Shown: positions 10,339 to 16,747 of the stretch, one piece after another | Layout: every line of letters starts with the position of its first letter | Position numbering within the stretch: the first letter of the stretch is position 1 | The notes under the pieces: generated by a model | Seen by the model: the letters and a program-made list of their open reading frames with translations, nothing else | Database searches by the model: none | What the model was told of the DNA's origin: nothing | From: Ignavibacteria bacterium GWF2_33_9 | Lineage (GTDB): Bacteria; Bacteroidota; Ignavibacteria; Kapaibacteriales; UBA2268 | NCBI GenBank assembly: GCA_001804565.1 | Contig: MHAC01000016.1 | Span: 1-37,183, forward strand | Reading direction: 5' to 3' | Length of the DNA stretch: 37,183 nt | Program-made: the position numbers and the translations under genes

Positions 10339-11862
10339 TTAATGAACATGAGAGTGTGAAGGTAATTCTGAGTTTTTCGATGCAAGCATAACTTTATAAG
10401 TACCCTTGCTCACAATTACATCGTTAAGAGCAATACCGGATTCAATTTTATAGTTTACGCCGTCAAAGCCTGAAATTTCCACTTCTCTTTTTTCAAATAA
10501 TTCTCCATTTTTCTGAAGAAAGACATAAAAATGTCCTTGATCTTCCCAAATTGAGGATTTTGGTACAAGAAGTGAATTAGTATTAATTTTCCCTTTTAAA
10601 TATGCAGTTAAAATTGTATTTGGGGTTATTCCAAATTTATTTTCTATTTCAAAATACAAGCTTACATATGTGGATGCATTATAGACAGGTCCTCCGGTAA
10701 TTTTGGCTTTTAATTCCTGTAAATTATATACTTTATTTCCTATTTCGAAGTTAGCATTACTCACAAAAGCCAATTCCAAATATTCATCATTTGGAATGTC
10801 CACTCGAATAAATAATTTGTTATTATTAGTCAGAATTGCCAGGGGAGTGCCTGCTTCTACAAATTGACCTTCATTAACCAAAACTTTTTTTATAAATCCT
10901 GACTTAGGGGCATTGACAGATATTTTGCCCCCTTTTATCAATTGGGAGAGTTTATTATATTCAGCAGTTGACTTTTCCAATTCAGTTTTGGCATTTAGGT
11001 ATTCACTTTCTGAAACAATTTTTGATTCGTACAATTTTGAAATTCTATCAAAGTCTTTAATATTTTTATCCATATCAGATTTTGCATTTGCGAATTTGAC
11101 TTGAAAATTATCATCTCTTGTACTATTGGCTGAAATTTTGAAAAGCTGCTCACCTGCTTTTATTTTTTTGCCGGGTATAGTAGAATTTGAATTAATACTC
11201 AAAATTCCTGAAGCGGTAGAATTGATATATATCTCCTCTGATGTTGGCAATTCTGTTATTCCGGTTGCCTTATAGGATTCTGCAAAATGATGCAAGGTAA
11301 CTTTGGTGAGAGCAAAATCAATTTTCCATGCTTCTTCTTTCAAGAAGGTAATTCCATCTTCCGCAGGCAAAGTATGATGTTTTGCTTCTGATTCGGATGC
11401 AAAACATTGTTGTGAAGCCACTTTAATGGTATCGCTAAATTCTCCATTTTCATAAATAAAGGCAATATTTACAGCCCCAGATTTTTTCGGAGTATATGAG
11501 GCAAGAAAAATTCCGGCTCTAGCGATAGAATCAACATATATTTCTGAATTTAAATCGCCTGATAAAACAATCCTGAGAGCTCCTTTTGTAATTGCTTTGA
11601 AATCACTCAATTTTGTAAAATGTACCACAAATTCACTTTCTTTATTTATGATTAATGGAGTCATTTCAGCAAACAATTCATGAGCATCAGAAAATACTGT
11701 GAATTTGATATTTTCGAGGTCACCTGATCCATGCCCATGCCCTTCATGCTCCTGACCTGCATCGTCATTTCCATTTTCTGAATGGTCATGGGTTTCAAAA
11801 TCTGTTTTGGAGCATGCTGCAAATAATATTATAAACAAAACTAAACTAAAATATTTAGTCAT
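10339..11862 (-). CDS. Efflux RND periplasmic adaptor subunit (CzcB/CusB-like lipoprotein) with His-rich ends
   Basis: Lipobox FAA-C; N-terminal HDHSE..EHEGHGHG; lipoyl/hairpin motif APKSGFIKKVLVNEGQFVEAG; LLVPKSSI, FEKREV; C-terminal HSHVH. Confidence 0.88.
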   Translation of the reverse strand: MTKYFSLVLFIILFAACSKTDFETHDHSENGNDDAGQEHEGHGHGSGDLENIKFTVFSDAHELFAEMTPLIINKESEFVVHFTKLSDFKAITKGALRIVLSGDLNSEIYVDSIARAGIFLASYTPKKSGAVNIAFIYENGEFSDTIKVASQQCFASESEAKHHTLPAEDGITFLKEEAWKIDFALTKVTLHHFAESYKATGITELPTSEEIYINSTASGILSINSNSTIPGKKIKAGEQLFKISANSTRDDNFQVKFANAKSDMDKNIKDFDRISKLYESKIVSESEYLNAKTELEKSTAEYNKLSQLIKGGKISVNAPKSGFIKKVLVNEGQFVEAGTPLAILTNNNKLFIRVDIPNDEYLELAFVSNANFEIGNKVYNLQELKAKITGGPVYNASTYVSLYFEIENKFGITPNTILTAYLKGKINTNSLLVPKSSIWEDQGHFYVFLQKNGELFEKREVEISGFDGVNYKIESGIALNDVIVSKGTYKVMLASKNSELPSHSHVH

Positions 11863-11909
11863 AATAATCCTTTTTAAATTAAATTAATGAAAAATTAAAA
11901 AATCTTAAA

Positions 11910-12326
11910 TTAGGAGAAACTGGGCGGTGCTCTTAATTTGAGAGGCGTAGTTATTATGGATTCAAGCCGAGTTATACTTTGTTTTACAATTCTTTCTTTA
12001 AAGTTTGGTGGATTTTTGAATATTTCTTGAGCATCAAAGATAACAAATGTTTTTTCATAAGAAGAATTTTTATCTGATAGAGGTTTATACTTAACTAAGT
12101 CATAAATCTGACGAAAATGTTCCAGATGGTTTACATCACTTTCGGAATTTTCATGATTGGGCAAATTAGAATCATGATGTTCGCTTTCAAATATACCAGA
12201 AAAGAAATCGTTTAATTTGCAGATTTCAACATTCATAACCCTGATATGGACATGTGGGAACAATTCATGAGCAAAATTCACGAATATGGCTGATATTAAA
12301 ACAAATATTATTACTTTTTTCTTCAT
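11910..12326 (-). CDS. Exported His-rich leader protein with C-terminal RAPP motif (candidate arrest-peptide regulator, functionally analogous to DUF2946 proteins)
   Basis: MKKK plus hydrophobic signal segment, HELFPHVH, a His-rich middle, and the ending LRAPPSFS-stop 47 nt before the adaptor gene. Confidence 0.75.
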   Translation of the reverse strand: MKKKVIIFVLISAIFVNFAHELFPHVHIRVMNVEICKLNDFFSGIFESEHHDSNLPNHENSESDVNHLEHFRQIYDLVKYKPLSDKNSSYEKTFVIFDAQEIFKNPPNFKERIVKQSITRLESIITTPLKLRAPPSFS

Positions 12327-12392
12327 CAGGATTGTTTGAAAAATTCTTTTAAATTGAATTAATTACTTCAGATTTAATTTGCAAATAAAACG

Positions 12393-12426
12393 CAAATCTA
12401 AAGAATAATATTTTAATAGAACCAAA
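12393..12426 (-). promoter_or_regulatory. Proximal promoter of the leader-czc operon
   Basis: Minus strand TAGATTTG (12400-12393) matches TAnnTTTG; TTTG at 12426-12423 gives a 22-nt spacer, slightly long. Confidence 0.45.
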
Positions 12427-12575
12427 AATTTTTTTTTATTTCAGATTTTACATACATTAAAATTGACCAGGGCAAAAAAAAATAACTTAAATTGAAAGTC
12501 GCTGGAATGCAAGATTGGGATAGAAAAAAATAAAATTTACGTAAAAATTACACAAAAAGAATCAAATCCAAGAAG

Positions 12576-12606
12576 CAAAATTAAATAAATGTGGAAAAGT
12601 TTCAAA
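12576..12606 (-). promoter_or_regulatory. Distal minus-strand promoter divergent from the tRNA promoter
   Basis: Minus strand TTTG (12606-12603), 19 nt, TAATTTTG (12583-12576). Confidence 0.45.
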
Positions 12607-12612
12607 AAAAGT

Positions 12613-12643
12613 TTTGTAGATTTATAAAGTTTTCGTAATTTTG
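12613..12643 (+). promoter_or_regulatory. Promoter of the tRNA-secE-nusG-rplKA unit
   Basis: TTTG (12613-12616), 19 nt, TAATTTTG (12636-12643): the established Bacteroidota -33/-7 architecture, 15 nt before tRNA-Tyr. Confidence 0.7.
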
Positions 12644-12658
12644 TATTCTTTTCAAAAT

Positions 12659-12742
12659 GGGCAGGTACCGAAGTGGTTAAACGGGACAGACTGTAAATCT
12701 GTTAGGCTGCGCCTTACGGAGGTTCGAATCCTTCCCTGCCCA
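12659..12742 (+). tRNA. tRNA-Tyr(GTA)
   Basis: Acceptor GGGCAGG/CCTGCCC, anticodon arm ACAGA-CT GTA AA-TCTGT, long variable arm, GGTTCGAATCC; CCA not encoded. Confidence 0.97.
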
Positions 12743-12799
12743 CAGATTTTGGAAGTAGAAGAAGGAAGCAGATTAGAATAAGAAGTTGGAGATTGATAA

Positions 12800-12872
12800 G
12801 CGGGAGTAGCTCATTCGGTAGAGCATCAGCCTTCCAAGCTGAGGGTGGCGGGTTCGAGTCTCGTCTCCCGCT
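12800..12872 (+). tRNA. tRNA-Gly(TCC)
   Basis: GCGGGAG/CTCCCGC, TCAGC-CT TCC AA-GCTGA, GGTTCGAGT, discriminator T. Confidence 0.97.
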
Positions 12873-12885
12873 CGAGAAAAAAAAC

Positions 12886-12929
12886 TTGCAGGATATTCAT
12901 TTGGAAAATATACTGCAATAGTTCTTTAA
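12886..12929 (+). promoter_or_regulatory. boxB-like hairpin followed by a boxA-like antitermination sequence
   Basis: TTGCAGGATATT...AATATACTGCAA stem (12886-12918), then AGTTCTTTAA (12920-12929), resembling rrn boxA. Confidence 0.45.
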
Positions 12930-12991
12930 AGTATGTTAAATACTCAGATTTAGTGGGAGGAAGCTCCGATCAGAATATCGCAAAGGATTCT

Positions 12992-13063
12992 GCGGGAATA
13001 GCTCAGAGGTAGAGCATCAGCTTCCCAAGCTGAGGGTCACGGGTTCGATCCCCGCTTCCCGCT
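12992..13063 (+). tRNA. tRNA-Gly(CCC)
   Basis: GCGGGAA/TTCCCGC, TCAGC-TT CCC AA-GCTGA, GGTTCGATCC; one A-C mismatch at the T-stem base. Confidence 0.93.
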
Positions 13064-13069
13064 CTCGAC

Positions 13070-13142
13070 GCTGATGTAGCTCAGCTGGCAGAGCACTTCC
13101 TTGGTAAGGAAGAGGTCACGGGTTCAAGTCCCGTCATCAGCT
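13070..13142 (+). tRNA. tRNA-Thr(GGT)
   Basis: GCTGATG/CATCAGC, CTTCC-TT GGT AA-GGAAG, ACGGG-TTCAAGT-CCCGT. Confidence 0.97.
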
Positions 13143-13156
13143 CAAAGCGGTACCAC

Positions 13157-13229
13157 ACGGGTGTAGCTCAATTGGTAGAGTGGCGGTCTCCAAAACCGTA
13201 GGCTGTGGGTTCGAGTCCTACCACCCGTG
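13157..13229 (+). tRNA. tRNA-Trp(CCA)
   Basis: ACGGGTG/CACCCGT, GCGGT-CT CCA AA-ACCGT, GGTTCGAGTCC; usual position before secE. Confidence 0.97.
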
Positions 13230-13253
13230 CGAAATTTATTTTTTTAAAATATT

Positions 13254-13436
13254 ATGGTAAAAAAGATTAAATCATTTGTAAACGACGTAGTTGTTGAAAT
13301 GAAGAAAGTTACTTGGCCAACAAGGGAACAGCTTATGGAATCAACCAGAGTTGTTATTGGTACTTCATTGATAATCACTTCTATCGTTTTTGTAGTTGAC
13401 CAGGTTACTACCTGGGTTTACTCGTTTCTTTTTTAA
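13254..13436 (+). CDS. secE: Preprotein translocase subunit SecE
   Basis: EMKKVTWPTREQL motif plus a single TM helix; lies between tRNA-Trp and nusG. Confidence 0.96.
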   Translation: MVKKIKSFVNDVVVEMKKVTWPTREQLMESTRVVIGTSLIITSIVFVVDQVTTWVYSFLF

Positions 13437-13445
13437 TTTGGTGTT

Positions 13446-14084
13446 ATGATGGATGAAATTCAAAATATGGATGAACTTCAAAATACTGAGGAACTTCAAA
13501 ATACTGAAGAACTTCAAAATGCTATTCCTGAAGAACAACAAGAAGAAGTTGAGGCTAAGTGGTATGCACTTAGGACTTATACAGCACACGAAAATAAAGT
13601 AAAAGCTCAAATTGAGGCTGAAGTCAAAAGATTGGGCATTGAAGAAAAAGTGGTTGAAATTGTTGTTCCTGAGGAAACTGTATTCGAAGTACGTAATGGG
13701 AAGCGTCGCACCAAAGTGAAAAATTTTCTTCCTGGTTATATAGTTCTAAAATGTATTCTCAATAAAAAATTGAAGGATATTATCGTTGCATTGCCATCGG
13801 TTGTGTCTTTCGTTGGCCGCAGGAATGAACCTACAGCTTTGCAGCAAATCGAAGTTGACAGAATTTTGGGTCGTGTGGAAGAACGTAAGGACGTTTCCAC
13901 AATCGAAACAGCATTCCAGACCGGAGATCCGGTGAGAATAATTGACGGTCCTTTCAATACATTTTTGGGAACAGTAAAGGAAGTGAATTTAGAAAAGCAA
14001 AAACTCAAAGTTGAAGTTGGAATTTTGGGTAGAAAAACTCCTGTCGAACTTGATTTTACTCAAGTCGAGATGGAAACACACTAA
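13446..14084 (+). CDS. nusG: Transcription termination/antitermination factor NusG
   Basis: KWYALRTYTAHENKVK, FLPGYI, KOW motif GDPVRIIDGPF, ILGRKTPVELDFTQVE. Confidence 0.97.
   Translation: MMDEIQNMDELQNTEELQNTEELQNAIPEEQQEEVEAKWYALRTYTAHENKVKAQIEAEVKRLGIEEKVVEIVVPEETVFEVRNGKRRTKVKNFLPGYIVLKCILNKKLKDIIVALPSVVSFVGRRNEPTALQQIEVDRILGRVEERKDVSTIETAFQTGDPVRIIDGPFNTFLGTVKEVNLEKQKLKVEVGILGRKTPVELDFTQVEMETH
13449..13520 (+). repeat. 18-bp in-frame tandem repeat x4 in the nusG 5' end
   Basis: ATGGATGAAATTCAAAAT / ATGGATGAACTTCAAAAT / ACTGAGGAACTTCAAAAT / ACTGAAGAACTTCAAAAT, encoding MDEIQN MDELQN TEELQN TEELQN. Confidence 0.9.
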
Positions 14085-14116
14085 CAAAGAAAGTAAAAAG
14101 ATAAACAGAGAATAAA

Positions 14117-14542
14117 ATGGCAAAGAAATTATTAGGAACATTTAAACTTCAATTGAATGCAGGTCAAGCATCAATGTCACCTCCTGTGGGTCCCGCATTT
14201 GGTCAGAGAGGTTTGAATGGTATGGAGTTTGTAAAGCAATTCAATGCTAAGACTCAAAAACAAGCCGGAACACTATTGCCGGTAGTTGTTTCTTACTATT
14301 CAGATAAGAGTTTTACTTTTTTGGTAAAAACTCCTCCTGCAGCAGTTTTGCTCAAAAAAGCAGCAAATCTTAAGTCAGGTTCAGCTGAATCGAATAAGAA
14401 AAAAGTGGGCAAAGTAACACTTGCTCAAGTTCAAGAAATTGCAGAATTAAAAATGGTGGATTTAAATGCATTCACAATGGAATCTGCTATGAGTATGATT
14501 AAAGGAACTGCCCGTTCAATGGGCGTTGAGATTGAAGGTTAA
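14117..14542 (+). CDS. rplK: 50S ribosomal protein uL11
   Basis: [33 protein letters not shown]. Confidence 0.98.
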   Translation: MAKKLLGTFKLQLNAGQASMSPPVGPAFGQRGLNGMEFVKQFNAKTQKQAGTLLPVVVSYYSDKSFTFLVKTPPAAVLLKKAANLKSGSAESNKKKVGKVTLAQVQEIAELKMVDLNAFTMESAMSMIKGTARSMGVEIEG

Positions 14543-14553
14543 GGTGAAGAGAA

Positions 14554-15252
14554 ATGAGAAAATTTAGTAAAAGATTTGAAGTTGTATTTAAAGCTGTAGA
14601 CAAAGCTAAAGCTTACGATGTGCTAGAAGCTATCTCTTTGGTAAAGAAGAACGCTACTGCTAAATTTGATGAATCATTCGAAGTTGCAATTCGCTTGGGT
14701 GTAGATCCTCGTAAAGCAGATCAAATGGTTCGTGGTACAGTTTCCCTTCCAAATGGAACCGGAAAAACTGTAAGAGTTCTCGTACTTGCAAAAAGTCCGA
14801 AAGATCAGGAAGCATTGAATGCTGGTGCTGATTTTGCAGGACTTGATGAATACGTAGAAAAAATCAAAGGCGGCTGGACTGACGTTGACGTGATTATCGC
14901 TACTCCCGACGTAATGGGTGAAGTTGGTAAATTAGGTCGTATTTTAGGCCCACGTGGTTTGATGCCAAATCCTAAGGTTGGTACAGTTACTTTCGATGTG
15001 GAAAAAGCTGTTAGCGAAGTAAAAGCAGGTAAGATTGAATACCGTGTGGATAAATCCGGTAATGTTTCTGCTGCAATTGGTAAATGTTCATTCAATGATG
15101 ACCAATTATTGCAAAATTTCGTAACGTTTTTCAATAACATATTAAGAGCAAAACCATCAACAGCTAAAGGAAGATACATCAAGCACATCAGTATTAGTTC
15201 CACAATGGGACCAGGTGTGGCAATAAGCGAAAGCACTATACCGGTTGAATAA
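14554..15252 (+). CDS. rplA: 50S ribosomal protein uL1
   Basis: [45 protein letters not shown]. Confidence 0.98.
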   Translation: MRKFSKRFEVVFKAVDKAKAYDVLEAISLVKKNATAKFDESFEVAIRLGVDPRKADQMVRGTVSLPNGTGKTVRVLVLAKSPKDQEALNAGADFAGLDEYVEKIKGGWTDVDVIIATPDVMGEVGKLGRILGPRGLMPNPKVGTVTFDVEKAVSEVKAGKIEYRVDKSGNVSAAIGKCSFNDDQLLQNFVTFFNNILRAKPSTAKGRYIKHISISSTMGPGVAISESTIPVE

Positions 15253-15427
15253 GATTTAACTTACAGAAGTTAAGTTTTGCAAAAAACGAAGTTATTTGAA
15301 AGTACGAAAGAAATTTTAACAATAATAAAATTATAAATAAGGCTATTACGCTACTTGCAGTAAGCTTCTACTTGCAATTTAAAAATTGCATGTTACTGTG
15401 GGTGACAAATAAATCAACGGAAATGCT

Positions 15428-15952
15428 ATGAAAAATTTAGAATCAAAAAAGCAGATCGTTGGGGAATTAGTTGAACAACTCCGCAATGCGAATGGGGTGT
15501 ATTTCATCAACTTTGAAAAAATGGATGTTGCGTCCGTTGTGAATTTACGTGGTCTTTTCCATAAAGAAAACGTATCCTACAAAGTTGCAAAAAATACACT
15601 TATCTGGAGAGCGCTCAATGAAGCAGGATTCGAAGGACTCGAAGAAAGCTTTTTGGTAGGCAATACAGGACTTGCATTCGGGAGTGATGACCCATTAGTT
15701 CCGGCAAAAATTCTGAAACCAATCCTGGACAAAAGCGATAAGCCAAAGTTCAAAGGTGCATTGGTGGAAGGAGTTTTCTACGGTGCGGATCAACTGAAAA
15801 CATTGGCATCATTGCCATCGAAGACAGATTTGATTGCCGGTATCCTAGGCAGCTTGAATTCACCAATTTCAGGTATTGTCGGTTCGATCAATGCAGTAAT
15901 GCGTGATTTGGCTTCAGTTATTGAAGAAGCCGCTAAAAAAAGAAGTGCATAA
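15428..15952 (+). CDS. rplJ: 50S ribosomal protein uL10
   Basis: LRGLF...YKVAKNTL, LASLPSK; position between rplA and rplL. Confidence 0.96.
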   Translation: MKNLESKKQIVGELVEQLRNANGVYFINFEKMDVASVVNLRGLFHKENVSYKVAKNTLIWRALNEAGFEGLEESFLVGNTGLAFGSDDPLVPAKILKPILDKSDKPKFKGALVEGVFYGADQLKTLASLPSKTDLIAGILGSLNSPISGIVGSINAVMRDLASVIEEAAKKRSA

Positions 15953-16039
15953 GCACTCTAAATAAGTGCTAAAGCACTAGTATCGGTGGAATTCCGATAG
16001 ATTTTTTAAAATGTATAAAAATATTTTTGGAGTAATAAA

Positions 16040-16429
16040 ATGTCTGAAAAAATTGAAAAATTATTAGAAGAGATTTCCTCTTTAACATTAGTTGAAGCTT
16101 CTGAATTAAAAACAGCTTTAGAAGATAAGTTTGGTGTAACTGCAGCTGCTCCTATGATGATGGGCGGTGTTATGCCAGCAGCTGGCGCAAGTGCTGATGC
16201 ACCTGTAGCTGAAGAACAAACTGAATTTGATGTTGAATTAACTGAAATTGGCGCAAACAAAATCAACGTTATCAAAATTATCCGTGAAATCACTGGATTA
16301 GGTTTGAAAGACGCTAAAGATTTAGTTGAAGCTGCACCAAAAGTAGTTAAAGAAGCAACTTCAAAAGCAGATGCTGAAGATTTGAAGAAGAAAATCGAAG
16401 AAGCTGGCGCTAAAGTAACTCTTAAGTAA
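16040..16429 (+). CDS. rplL: 50S ribosomal protein bL12 (L7/L12)
   Basis: [52 protein letters not shown]. Confidence 0.98.
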   Translation: MSEKIEKLLEEISSLTLVEASELKTALEDKFGVTAAAPMMMGGVMPAAGASADAPVAEEQTEFDVELTEIGANKINVIKIIREITGLGLKDAKDLVEAAPKVVKEATSKADAEDLKKKIEEAGAKVTLK

Positions 16430-16451
16430 TTACTTTTTTTCTTAATGGAAT

Positions 16452-16486
16452 TACCGGGGAATCTCACCCCGGTATTTCTTATTTTT
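16452..16486 (+). terminator. Intrinsic terminator after rplL
   Basis: TACCGGGG-aatctca-CCCCGGTA followed by TTTCTTATTTTT. Confidence 0.8.
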
Positions 16487-16673
16487 ATGAAATCGTAATA
16501 TTCTCATATTTTTCGTAGATTTTATTATTTATTAACAATATTTATGTAAATTATTGCTGATATAATAAAATTAATTAACTTACGTTACTAATAATCTATA
16601 ATTATTATTTTTCTGAAGAAAAAATCAATAAACAATTGATAAAAGTAAAGTTTGAACAAACTGATTTTTTCAT

Positions 16674-16725
16674 AGGGTTTTTGATGTTCGATCAAGTAAA
16701 TTGAACATCAAAGGTCCTTTTTTTT
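16674..16725 (+). terminator. Terminator/attenuator-like hairpin in the rpoB leader
   Basis: 19-bp stem (16674-16692 with 16700-16718, four G-U pairs), 7-nt loop, then a T-run, ending about 10 nt before the rpoB SD. Confidence 0.65.
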
Positions 16726-16747
16726 ATTTTTTGCAAAGGAGGTTCCG

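Noticed and set aside
12327-12658. tRNA-anchored genomic island or att site for the czc block
   Set aside because: The block lies 5' of the tRNAs, and I saw no integrase and no duplicated tRNA 3' end.
12750-12799. Purine-rich, loosely 7-nt periodic spacer (GAAGTAGAAGAAGGAAGCAG...) between tRNA-Tyr and tRNA-Gly
   Set aside because: Too short and degenerate to separate from low-complexity sequence.
15950-15972. CIRCE-like TAAGCACTC...AAGTGCTAA
   Set aside because: The spacer is 5 nt instead of 9, each arm has a mismatch, and the context is rplJ-rplL rather than a chaperone gene.
13365-16467. Long antisense ORFs over secE/nusG, rplA and rplL (13365-13610, 13736-14008, 14805-15236, 16006-16467)
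   Set aside because: Typical shadow ORFs caused by codon bias, and by the nusG repeat, in highly expressed genes.
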